From a virus, in IMG/VR virus record IMGVR_UViG_3300043427_001127, positions 96,001 to 160,000 of that record: a stretch of 64,000 bases of DNA. The stretch is one strand, 5' to 3'. Each line of letters opens with the position of its first letter. Position 1 is the first letter of the stretch. Below the pieces are notes generated by a model. That model was not told where the DNA came from. It searched no databases and worked only from the letters and a program-made list of their open reading frames with translations. The position numbers and the translations under genes are program-made. This document shows, piece after piece, positions 54,385 through 64,000 of this stretch.

Positions 54385-57300
54385 ATGCCATTAACGAGAT
54401 TAGATAATCTTATTTCAAGTAAAACTGGTAAATATCTTTATGTTTCACCTGATGATTATAATGCATCAGATGCGCTAGATAACAGAGGAAATACACCTTT
54501 AAGACCATTCGTAAGTATTCAACGTGCCTTCTTAGAAGTAGCTCGTTTTTCGTATCTACCTAATGTAGATAATGATAGATTTGACCAGTTTACCATTATG
54601 TTGGCACCTGGCAATCACTATATTGATAACCGTCCTGGTGTTGCAAATGTAGAAGATATTCCAACATTCCAATATAATGAGGCATTACAGCAGTGGGAAG
54701 CAAATGAAGATGTAAGTTTTGATCTTTCCGATCCAGATAATATTCTTTATCGTTTCAATGGTCGTGATGGTGGTGCTACGATTCCTAGAGGTACATCTCT
54801 TGTAGGTACAGACCTTCGTAGAACTCAGCTACGTGCTCTGTATGTTCCCGATCCTGCTGATAAAGATGTTCCTCGTTGTGCGCTGTTCAACGTAACAGGT
54901 GGTTGCTATTTCTGGCAGTTCACTATTCTTGATGGCGACCTTTCTTCAAACTCTCCTCTATACGACGGTACGGTAGGTCGCGTCTACACACAACCTAACG
55001 ATACTACAAACCGCCCAGTACCTGAGTTTTCACACCACAAGATTACAAACTTTGTTTTTGCTGATAGAGAAGATTTAGGTCTACTTTACAGAAAGATTGC
55101 AAAAGCTTTTGGTGACTATCAAGATACTATTGATGATGTATATGTAGAAGGTTCATCTACACCAGTAAGTAGTCAGTGGTCTGAAGATGTTACCTATAAC
55201 GTTGGTGATAGGATTATCTACAATGGAAACGCTTTTGTTGCTAATGCAGTTGTAACAGGCATCGACCCAGAATCGGATGATACTAAATGGACCAGACTTG
55301 TAATCCGTGGTAGAGAGTTTGACTACAGAGTACAGGAAAACAGAATCGTTGGTCCTCTATCTGATGCCGTGTTTATTGATAGCATCAAACTTATTGATGG
55401 TGTTGGAACTGATGTTGGTATTCTAACTCTTGAAGTTAGAACTAAGATTAATCATGGTTTCTTCCCTGGTCAATATGTTGCGGTAACAAATAACAATCTT
55501 AATAATGCTTTAAACGGTGTATTTGCTGTATACAATATCAGCACTAATGATCCTAAAGTCTTCTACTATCGTGTTCCGTTTACTGCACAAGGTCTAAACC
55601 TAACTTCGGGTGAGACATATACAGCTACTTCTACCATTCCTCTCAACCAGACTGCTACAGTTCAGGCAGAAGTTGACTCGGTAGAATCAGCATCACCATA
55701 CGTCTTCAACTGTTCGATTCGTTCTACATGGGGTATCTGTGGTATCTGGGCAGATGGTCGCAAGGCGACTGGTTTCAAGTCGATGGTTATCGCTCAGTAC
55801 ACTGGTGTTTCGCTACAGAGAGACGACCGTGCATTTATTCGTTATGATGAGTTTAGCAACACTTGGAACCAGGCACCTCTAACTGATGCATTTGCAACAA
55901 CTCCTTACCACATCAAGGGTGATGCATACTGGAAAGATGATTGGAGAAACTTCCACGTTCGTGCTTCGGATGACTCCTTCATTCAGAACGTTTCGATCTT
56001 CGCTGTAGGTTTCGCAGATCACTTCCTGCTTGAGTCTGGTGGTGACATGTCGATCACCAACTCCAACTCAAACTTCGGTAACACATCGATGCACTCGGTT
56101 GGTTACAAAGGATTCTCCTTTAACCAAGATAAGGGTGGATATATTACTGACATTATTCCTCCACAGGAACTTAAGACTTCCGACAAGTCTAAGCAGCAAT
56201 ATTATCCTATTCAGATTAACCTAACAAATGATGCCACAAACACAAGCAGAGTTTATCTTGCTGGTGATGCTGTAAAGGATCCTGAGAATCGCCCTGCTGC
56301 CTCTGTAAGTGGGTATAGAATCGGTGCCAGGGTAAATGAACAGATTAAGGTAAAACTTAATGCGGGTACTGGAGAATCTGGTCCTACGGAAAAGAGTGCG
56401 GTATTAAATCCTTCTGGATTTAAGAGATGGGCTACATCACTTACAACTCTAAATCCTGCTGGTGCTTCATTTACTACTGAATATAATCTACAACAAGATG
56501 CAGCAAATCTAATCGAAGCAAACCAAACGTTTATTCAATCTGAAGCATTTGGATATATCCTTGAGAAATATCCATATCTACAAAATATTTCGTATGTAAA
56601 CCCAAATATTACTTCCGAAACTGGTAGATATAGAGACGCTTCAAACCTGATCAAAGCAAATAGACAGGAAATCATTGATACAGCTTATAATGAAATGGTT
56701 ACTGCATTCCCTGGATTTGTGAATCCAGATGTAGTAAAATGTAAGAGAGATTTAGGATACATTATTGACGCTATTGCAAACGATCTTTATGATGGTGGAA
56801 ATGCTCATATTGTTGAAGCAACTCAATCATATTTTGGCAGTAACGGGCAAATCTTAAGCAACGGTTTGAGTGGAGAACAAACTCAATCTGTATTTGCTTT
56901 TAATCGCGTTAGGGATCTTTGTAAGTTAGCTATTGCTAACATGCTTTCATCTACAAGTTCTTTACAAGTTTCTTCTATCACTTCTAGTGGAACTACTGTA
57001 ACTGTAACTTGTTCTTCTCCGCATAACTTAACAGTTAACACAAAAATCAGTGTTATTGGTTTAAATCAATCTGCTTATAATGGTGATTTTACTGTTCTTT
57101 CTACTGGATTAACCGCAACACAGTTCCAGTATACTGCTCTATCTGCTCCTTCTGCCTCTCCTGCTACTGGAGTTTCATACATTTCCACGGTAACTATTGA
57201 TCAGGCAAACAGAACTACTCTTGCGGGTAAGTTAAAAAATGCAAGTGATCTAATCTTTGCTAACAAGCAGCAAATCGTAGATGCTGCTTATGTAAGTTCC

Positions 57301-60300
57301 ATTCCTTCAGATACGAATGGTACTAAGTGTAAGCGCGATATCGGTTATGTTGTTTCTGCAGTTGCGAACGATCTAAACTTTGGTGGTAACGAATACACTA
57401 TTGCTGCTATTAAAGAATATTTTAATGGCAATAGTTTACTATCAAATGGCGTACAGGGTGAAGTAACTCAAACTGTCGCAGCATTCAACAATGCTAGAGA
57501 GCAGTGTAAACTTGCAATCAACAACCAGTTGAATGTAAAAGATTTAACTATCAAACCAGATCCTGCAACAGGTTCTAACACTAGCGTAAACTCTTGTGCT
57601 GATGTTAAGAGTACAATCGATAACTTATTTGGATTGGTTACTACAACTCTCCAAGCTGGAAATCTAGATAATCTTGCAACAGTAAATAACGGTTTGTATG
57701 ACTGTGCTAATGTTAGAAGCACGATTGATACATTAAGTGCTATTCTGACAACTGCTATTTCTTCTGCTAGCCTCACTTCTGTTCCTGCTCCAAATCCAGG
57801 ATTATGGTCAAGAGTTTCTGAGAATAGCAAGTGTAAGAGAGATATTGGTTATATTGTGGAAGCAATCGTTGCTGACTTGAGACTTGGTGGAAATGTCAAT
57901 ACTGTTAATGCAGCAAAAGCTTACTATATTGGTGTAACACAAGATACTGATGGAGTGAATGATGGGTTTACTCTGGACTATATTGAAAATGAACTGAATG
58001 AAACTCTAGATGCATATAACTATGTGAGAGATTTGTGTATTTCTTCCATGAGAAATCACAACACTTACATGACAGTTAATACTGCAAACTCTTCATTAGT
58101 TACAGTTCCATCTACAGTGGGACTTGCAGTTGGAATGAAGGTTGTTGGTGTTAACAACATTCCTTCTACGACTGGTACTAGTGCTCTAACTAACTATAAT
58201 GATCAATATGAAGAGTTAGTTGATGGAAAAGTTGTACCCAAATCTTCAAACATTAGCACTGCGTACATTCCAGCAGATACCTACATCAAGAGAATCGTAA
58301 ACTCAACACAGATTGAACTTGGTGTTAGAGGTAGTAAACTAAACTATGGTACTACAAAGACTGCTGTTGCTGGAACAGGAGTAAAGGTATTCTTCCAACT
58401 TGAGGAAGGAATCTGGACATCATCTATTGGTCCTTCAGTAGATAATACAGTTATTCAAGATTATGTTTATAGTGGAAATGGCGAATGCTCTTCTGTTTAT
58501 ACCACTATTGGTAACTACTTTGGTATTATTTCTACCATTTTACAGAATGGTGTTAATGCTGTTACTGCAACCACTCCAACTGCTGATACTGCACTTCTTT
58601 CCCAAAGAGCTACTGCATTTACTCTTCAGGAGATTCAAGGCGAAAATCTTCTTGCTAACCCACATAATCTAGAGACGGGTACTCCAGTAAGACTTGTTCC
58701 TAGAGCAAAACCAGGATCTAATGTAGACAAGCGTTTAGTGCGTCTTCCAAAAGGATTCAGTACAAATACTAAGTATTATGTAATCGCTCCTGGTAGAAGA
58801 ACACAACCTTTCAACTATGCTACTGGCGATTTTGCCGCTGCCGATCAACAAAAGATTCTTCTTGCGACCAGTGAAGAGAATGCAGCAGCTGGTATCTATA
58901 TCTACTCTCCTGAAACGGAAAACATTAACGAAAATGTAATCATTGATGTTTATCAATACGTTCTTGATAATAGTTACGATCTACATCAGTATAAGACTAC
59001 TCTCTTCGATTCTACTACTTTCTTGACAGAATCTCCACATATTTTTGACATTCCTGTTAATGATGTTGGGGTAACACTTCAGAAAGTGTTCTTTAGAACA
59101 GGCAGCGATTTAGGTGCAAACTCTACGCTTCCAAATCCAGCTAATACTTATATCGGTTTGTTTAATGACACCACTGAGTATTATGTTAGATATTTTGATG
59201 ACGCCAGCGGTTCTTCGATTGCCAAGAAGTTCAAGATTTATTTGACGGCTCAAAATGCTATTAACAATGAAAACCCTGTAGAATTTTTTGAAAATAGTGG
59301 AACTACTTTTTACACATTTGCTAATAAAAAACGTGTTTCATTAAAGTTTGATCCGACAGTTGATATTGCTGATCTTCCAAAAGGAAGATGGTATTTAAAT
59401 ACAGTTGCTGATTCTTCTTCTGGAAATATTATCACTAGATTGAAGCAATCTGATTATAGTGATGATTCTGTTGGGAATAATGCAAAAACTTCTGATTCTT
59501 TCTTTGAAAGAGTAAATGATTTAAGAGACAAGCAAGATAGAGTTTATAGATTTAGATTTGTCATCCCTGCATACAGAGGTACTACAGTTAGAGATCCTCT
59601 AAATGGATTTGTATTTAAGATTAGAACTGACTCTAAGAGAAAACTATTACCACAGAAAATTCTTTTAAGACCAACTGGAAATGCAAGTGCATTTGCAACA
59701 TTTTATGCTTTAAACTCTGCTGGACAGCAAGTTAATGAAAAACTTGGTTGGACATATTCACAACTGAATGCCGCTGGATTTGATGATACTGTTTATGATC
59801 CATATCTAAATCCAGTTAAGATTCAAACTAACTCTAAGATTACTGCCAGCATTCAATCTGCCAGACAAAGAAGCATTAATGGAGTAAACTATCTTGAACT
59901 TACTGTCTTTGACCATGATGTTGACGCAGCATACAAAACAACAATCTTCACTACTGTAAAGATTACTGCACCTCAGGGTGGTAATGGAGCGTTTGAAGCA
60001 AGTTTAACTGACTTAGATTCTGATAACTTTATTGAGTGGGAAGGAGCTTGTTCTGGATCTGGATATGTACACGCATTCTTAAACTATGGAACAGAATATC
60101 ATCTGATTCTGAAGGGAATAACTGGTAACTCAACACTAGATTTTGACCCATTTGTGACAACTACCTTTAAGCAAGGATCAGTTTCTGCTGTCATGATGGA
60201 CGAACCTGACGGTGGTAGAACAGATAAAGAAAAAAATCTATATGCAGTTGAGGGTGCTAACGTTTATACATTAACACCAGGAGATATTGTAAAAGATTCT

Positions 60301-63300
60301 ACAAACGTAAGTTATACGATTGCGGAAGTAACTGATATTGAAGATTTAGAAGGAACTTATTATATCTTCTCTGTTGATACTATTCGCAGAAGAATTCCTA
60401 ACCAACAAGATGGTGTTTACTATCTAACTTGTGTGCGTGGTGATATTAGACCATTCCCTGTTGGATCTGGTGTTGGTGAAAACTTCAGAAACTTTAGATT
60501 CTCACAACCCATTTCTAAACTCTACCCTGAGTTCTATAAGAACGATCCTGAGTGGTATAGAGCACTTGATGATACTTTAAAAGATCCCCCAGAAACTATT
60601 TCTGCTGCGGATAACTATATTCATGGATTGGTTACAGTTAACGATTCCAAGAACTCTTTGACAAAAGAAACAGTCCTTGATTTCGTACAAGATTCTGGTT
60701 CTGGTGTATATTCGTTTACTGGAGATAATGTCATTCAGGCGCAGTCTGGACCTGCTTCTGCTGGATCTGAGACTAGAAGGATTCCTATTTCTGGTGATTC
60801 TGTATATCCTACAGAAAAGAGAGTTTATGTAGAACTTCGCAGACCTTCGATTGCAAGATCTGGCAACCACACGTTTGAATATCTTGGTTTTGGTCCTGGT
60901 AACTACTCCACAGGTTTCCCTGCGCGTCAGGAGATCGTTCTGACTGATGTTCAGGACTTCTATGCCCAAGCTAAGCGTGAAGACGCTGGTATCGTCTTCT
61001 ACACGGGTCTGAACTCCAATGGCGACCTTTATATTGGTAACAGAAAGATCAACGCTATTACTGGCGAAGAGACTTTCTTAGAATCTGCTGAACTTGTAGA
61101 ATCTGAGGATGAAGATGAAAGCCCAGCAACACTGGTAACTACTTTTGAAGTTCCAGTAACCTTCAAGGATATTATTACTGTTGAAGGATTTGACGGAACC
61201 AAGCAAAGTGTATTTACTTCTCCTGTATACTTCAACGTAAGAGTTCTTGATGATTTTGGTGGTCCTGTTGATCCAGCTATCACTGTTAAGACTAATATTG
61301 ATCCAACTAACGATGATAGTTATTTAAATATCACATCTTTGGGTCAAAAGACTGGCGATATTAAGATTGAGAAGAATAGTATCGCTTTGGGAATGTTGAG
61401 GATATATGCTCGTGGTGAGCAAGGATATACAATCAGAGCACATATTTCAAACAAAACTCCTGATCAGGCATCTCCTTTTGGCGGTGATATTACACAACCA
61501 TCTACTCAGATTATCAAGTTTGGTTCAAGAAATCCTGTTTCTGGTGATGTTCTTTTCAAGGGATCTCAAACAGATGTAACTGGCGCTGCTGGTTGGATTT
61601 TTGCAAATACCTACGCTGTTCTGTCTAAGACAGGCGACAGTGGTATTACAAATCCTCAGATTGCAAATATTCAAGGATTTGGTAGTGGTAATGTTATTCG
61701 TCTGAACTGGAACACTACTGGTTCTCCAGCTTGGACAAATAGTTTACTTGGCATCACTGAATCAACTCAGATTAAGATTGTCGGTGCTCAATCTCCAATC
61801 TCTCAGATCAATGGTATCTGGAGAGTAGTTAACACAGTTGCAAATCCATTCAGTTCTACTGCAAACTATCTTGATGTATCGCCATCTGAAGGCAATCAAA
61901 TCACGGTTGAGTCCAATCTTTACACTATAAGCACAGTTACTCAACCAAATATATCCATTTCTAAGAGTTCTACTTCTTGGAGAGAATGGGGAATCATTGG
62001 TTCTGAAGCTCTCAGAACAGAAACAGATTCTATTGGCAACTATAAACTAGGTGTTAATACTGTATCTCGTGCTCCACATAGCGCATATAACAATGCATTT
62101 ATTTCATTAGAAACAACTCCTAGAGCAAACTTAGATGTTGTTGGAACTGCATTCTTCAGTGGAAAAACTTTATCTACATCACCAAACAACTTCTTAGCAA
62201 ACTCTAACCCAACAAACAGAACATTTAGTGGTGTATCTAATGCGTTCTTGATTGGTGGTGATAGTGCTAATCCAGATAACGAGGCAACATTTAGATTATC
62301 TACTTCTACCAACAGAGTTGGTATTAATGTAACTAATGCTGAACTTGATAGAAGTTTAGTTATTGATGGTGATGGTAGAGTTACTGGAAACTTCAGATTC
62401 CAAGCGGATATTGAAGTCAATGGTGGAGACATTACAACAACTGTAACCACTGGATCATTTAACTTTGTTGAAGATAGCACTTTCACTGGTACTCTTAATA
62501 TTGGTAGCTATCCAGCAACCGTTAACTTTGCTGCTAGAGCAACCACACTTAATATTGCTAACACAACGACATCAACTCAAACGATTAATGTTGGTAATGC
62601 TGCAGCAAACCAGACCATAAACGTTGGCAATACTGGAACTGGTACACATGATGTAAATATTGCTACTGCTGCTACAGGAGCAACTACTTTAGATGTATTC
62701 AACTCTTCTGCCAATGTAAGAGTAGATATTGGCAATCCTTCTGCTTCTGCTACATCATCCAAGATTACTCTTGGTGGTGCTTATAATGCCAACGAATCTA
62801 ACAGTTACTTAGAAGTTAAAACTAAGTCTGCTAAGTTCTTTGGTGATATGCAGATTGGAACGAATAAGACTGTTTCTGATACTGTAACGCTCGGAACTGA
62901 TGCAGGAACCGTAAACTTCTTCTCTACATCTGGATCTGCCTCTACCATTTCATTTGGATTAAATGCTTCTGTATTGAATATTGGCGGTCAGGGTGGAACA
63001 ACCACAGTAAGAAACAGTTTGACTGTGGACGCTTCGCTGCTTGTCAAGAACAATATCACTCTTGATGGTGGTACTGCTACATTCTCATTCAATGGAAACA
63101 GAGCATCTCTTGGATCTACCATTGCTTCTCACACTGGTTTTCCAACAACCGTCCCAGTTGATAAGAATGTTGACCTAGTTACTATTGTCAGTGGTTTTGA
63201 TAACGTTGTTGATACAGCTGGTGCTGGTGATTGGGGTGGAACTTTCTTCCAACAAGCGATTCCAACATATACAGGAAATGACGGAACTGCTCTAGGTGCT

Positions 63301-64000
63301 CTATCTGGAAACCAATACTACTTACCACTTGAAAATTCACCAACTTACTTGGAAGGTTATGATATTTTAATCGATACCGTTGTTGGTGGTACGAGACATC
63401 CTGAGATTGTTAGAGTTGCATCTGGTGGATTAAGAAGAACCACAACTGCTCCATACTATATTATTGTTGAGAGACAACCATATGGTACTTTCTTGCCAAT
63501 AAAAACAAATCACACTGATGGAACTGCCACAAAACGAGTTAATGTTGCATTAGATTCCACATGGTTGACTGCTAACGTTGACGGTAGTGGCACCTCAGAT
63601 GTCTTCAGTCTTTCTGAGTTTGGTGGAACTCTAGCATCAGGTGATTATATTTTTGTTGATAGAAATAGCACTGGAACTTCTGGTGAAGCAGTAAAGATTA
63701 CTTCTTCTACAGGATCAGTTGCACAAAAACTAATCGTTACTGATGGTGCTGGATCTACTACTTTTGAAGTTGATTCAACAGATGGTCATACAGTTGTAAG
63801 TAACTCAACTGCTCTCGGTGGACTAGATGTATATGGTCCATTCAACCTCATCAGTTCTTGTTCTGCAACCTCTGCTAACAGACTATTCTCGCTTAAGAAT
63901 AGTTCTTCAAATACCACATGGTCGGTTGACATGTGTAATGGAGAGACTACTATTACACAGGGAACATTAACTACTGATGTAAATGTTCTTGATGCCACTG
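54385..64000 (+). CDS. giant virion structural / tail-fiber-like protein (>3200 aa, runs off the window)
   Basis: Starts MPLTRLDNLISSKTGKYLYVSPDD..RPF.SIQRAFLE. The frame-1 stretches I translated have no stop, and its absence from the ORF track fits no stop before the window end. Beta-helix-like region, CBM-like motif, phycobiliprotein-like repeats. Confidence 0.9.
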   Translation, partial: MPLTRLDNLISSKTGKYLYVSPDDYNASDALDNRGNTPLRPFVSIQRAFLEVARFSYLPNVDNDRFDQFTIMLAPGNHYIDNRPGVANVEDIPTFQYNEALQQWEANEDVSFDLSDPDNILYRFNGRDGGATIPRGTSLVGTDLRRTQLRALYVPDPADKDVPRCALFNVTGGCYFWQFTILDGDLSSNSPLYDGTVGRVYTQPNDTTNRPVPEFSHHKITNFVFADREDLGLLYRKIAKAFGDYQDTIDDVYVEGSSTPVSSQWSEDVTYNVGDRIIYNGNAFVANAVVTGIDPESDDTKWTRLVIRGREFDYRVQENRIVGPLSDAVFIDSIKLIDGVGTDVGILTLEVRTKINHGFFPGQYVAVTNNNLNNALNGVFAVYNISTNDPKVFYYRVPFTAQGLNLTSGETYTATSTIPLNQTATVQAEVDSVESASPYVFNCSIRSTWGICGIWADGRKATGFKSMVIAQYTGVSLQRDDRAFIRYDEFSNTWNQAPLTDAFATTPYHIKGDAYWKDDWRNFHVRASDDSFIQNVSIFAVGFADHFLLESGGDMSITNSNSNFGNTSMHSVGYKGFSFNQDKGGYITDIIPPQELKTSDKSKQQYYPIQINLTNDATNTSRVYLAGDAVKDPENRPAASVSGYRIGARVNEQIKVKLNAGTGESGPTEKSAVLNPSGFKRWATSLTTLNPAGASFTTEYNLQQDAANLIEANQTFIQSEAFGYILEKYPYLQNISYVNPNITSETGRYRDASNLIKANRQEIIDTAYNEMVTAFPGFVNPDVVKCKRDLGYIIDAIANDLYDGGNAHIVEATQSYFGSNGQILSNGLSGEQTQSVFAFNRVRDLCKLAIANMLSSTSSLQVSSITSSGTTVTVTCSSPHNLTVNTKISVIGLNQSAYNGDFTVLSTGLTATQFQYTALSAPSASPATGVSYISTVTIDQANRTTLAGKLKNASDLIFANKQQIVDAAYVSSIPSDTNGTKCKRDIGYVVSAVANDLNFGGNEYTIAAIKEYFNGNSLLSNGVQGEVTQTVAAFNNAREQCKLAINNQLNVKDLTIKPDPATGSNTSVNSCADVKSTIDNLFGLVTTTLQAGNLDNLATVNNGLYDCANVRSTIDTLSAILTTAISSASLTSVPAPNPGLWSRVSENSKCKRDIGYIVEAIVADLRLGGNVNTVNAAKAYYIGVTQDTDGVNDGFTLDYIENELNETLDAYNYVRDLCISSMRNHNTYMTVNTANSSLVTVPSTVGLAVGMKVVGVNNIPSTTGTSALTNYNDQYEELVDGKVVPKSSNISTAYIPADTYIKRIVNSTQIELGVRGSKLNYGTTKTAVAGTGVKVFFQLEEGIWTSSIGPSVDNTVIQDYVYSGNGECSSVYTTIGNYFGIISTILQNGVNAVTATTPTADTALLSQRATAFTLQEIQGENLLANPHNLETGTPVRLVPRAKPGSNVDKRLVRLPKGFSTNTKYYVIAPGRRTQPFNYATGDFAAADQQKILLATSEENAAAGIYIYSPETENINENVIIDVYQYVLDNSYDLHQYKTTLFDSTTFLTESPHIFDIPVNDVGVTLQKVFFRTGSDLGANSTLPNPANTYIGLFNDTTEYYVRYFDDASGSSIAKKFKIYLTAQNAINNENPVEFFENSGTTFYTFANKKRVSLKFDPTVDIADLPKGRWYLNTVADSSSGNIITRLKQSDYSDDSVGNNAKTSDSFFERVNDLRDKQDRVYRFRFVIPAYRGTTVRDPLNGFVFKIRTDSKRKLLPQKILLRPTGNASAFATFYALNSAGQQVNEKLGWTYSQLNAAGFDDTVYDPYLNPVKIQTNSKITASIQSARQRSINGVNYLELTVFDHDVDAAYKTTIFTTVKITAPQGGNGAFEASLTDLDSDNFIEWEGACSGSGYVHAFLNYGTEYHLILKGITGNSTLDFDPFVTTTFKQGSVSAVMMDEPDGGRTDKEKNLYAVEGANVYTLTPGDIVKDSTNVSYTIAEVTDIEDLEGTYYIFSVDTIRRRIPNQQDGVYYLTCVRGDIRPFPVGSGVGENFRNFRFSQPISKLYPEFYKNDPEWYRALDDTLKDPPETISAADNYIHGLVTVNDSKNSLTKETVLDFVQDSGSGVYSFTGDNVIQAQSGPASAGSETRRIPISGDSVYPTEKRVYVELRRPSIARSGNHTFEYLGFGPGNYSTGFPARQEIVLTDVQDFYAQAKREDAGIVFYTGLNSNGDLYIGNRKINAITGEETFLESAELVESEDEDESPATLVTTFEVPVTFKDIITVEGFDGTKQSVFTSPVYFNVRVLDDFGGPVDPAITVKTNIDPTNDDSYLNITSLGQKTGDIKIEKNSIALGMLRIYARGEQGYTIRAHISNKTPDQASPFGGDITQPSTQIIKFGSRNPVSGDVLFKGSQTDVTGAAGWIFANTYAVLSKTGDSGITNPQIANIQGFGSGNVIRLNWNTTGSPAWTNSLLGITESTQIKIVGAQSPISQINGIWRVVNTVANPFSSTANYLDVSPSEGNQITVESNLYTISTVTQPNISISKSSTSWREWGIIGSEALRTETDSIGNYKLGVNTVSRAPHSAYNNAFISLETTPRANLDVVGTAFFSGKTLSTSPNNFLANSNPTNRTFSGVSNAFLIGGDSANPDNEATFRLSTSTNRVGINVTNAELDRSLVIDGDGRVTGNFRFQADIEVNGGDITTTVTTGSFNFVEDSTFTGTLNIGSYPATVNFAARATTLNIANTTTSTQTINVGNAAANQTINVGNTGTGTHDVNIATAATGATTLDVFNSSANVRVDIGNPSASATSSKITLGGAYNANESNSYLEVKTKSAKFFGDMQIGTNKTVSDTVTLGTDAGTVNFFSTSGSASTISFGLNASVLNIGGQGGTTTVRNSLTVDASLLVKNNITLDGGTATFSFNGNRASLGSTIASHTGFPTTVPVDKNVDLVTIVSGFDNVVDTAGAGDWGGTFFQQAIPTYTGNDGTALGALSGNQYYLPLENSPTYLEGYDILIDTVVGGTRHPEIVRVASGGLRRTTTAPYYIIVERQPYGTFLPIKTNHTDGTATKRVNVALDSTWLTANVDGSGTSDVFSLSEFGGTLASGDYIFVDRNSTGTSGEAVKITSSTGSVAQKLIVTDGAGSTTFEVDSTDGHTVVSNSTALGGLDVYGPFNLISSCSATSANRLFSLKNSSSNTTWSVDMCNGETTITQGTLTTDVNVLDAT

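Noticed and set aside
1-64000. Stop-codon reassignment
   Set aside because: Core genes are full length under the standard code and end in TAA, TGA or TAG; no suppressor tRNA seen

Overview
This is a 64-kb segment of a T4-like cyanomyophage genome, probably infecting Synechococcus or Cyanobium. It carries core T4-like replication genes (gp61 primase, nrdA/nrdB, RNase H, thyX, gp33, gp32) and a baseplate/tail block (gp53, gp48, gp2, gp4, gp19/54-like, gp26, gp51, three paralogous tape-measure-like proteins, a gp27-like hub, a split gp5). Auxiliary metabolic genes include psbA, two hli, petF, speD, phoH, cp12, a 2OG-Fe(II) oxygenase and an SLH-domain outer-membrane protein. There are 16 tRNAs interleaved with several structured ncRNA candidates, many host-type sigma70 promoters and T4 late (TATAAATA) promoters. 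A giant virion-protein ORF (54385 to >64000, >3200 aa) is missing from the ORF track. Main observations: (1) the giant protein contains three nested phycobiliprotein-like domains that keep Cys residues matching both bilin-attachment sites, suggesting a possibly chromophore-bearing virion protein; (2) two candidate programmed -1 frameshifts, C39 peptidase to lysozyme at A_AAA_AAG with a 3' stem, and gp26 to gp51 at T_TTT_TTC; (3) a tandem glutamine-riboswitch-like element with an ORF inserted in one aptamer; (4) a tRNA with a UAU anticodon and a class II-like long variable arm. All family assignments come from motif recognition by eye; no database search was run.
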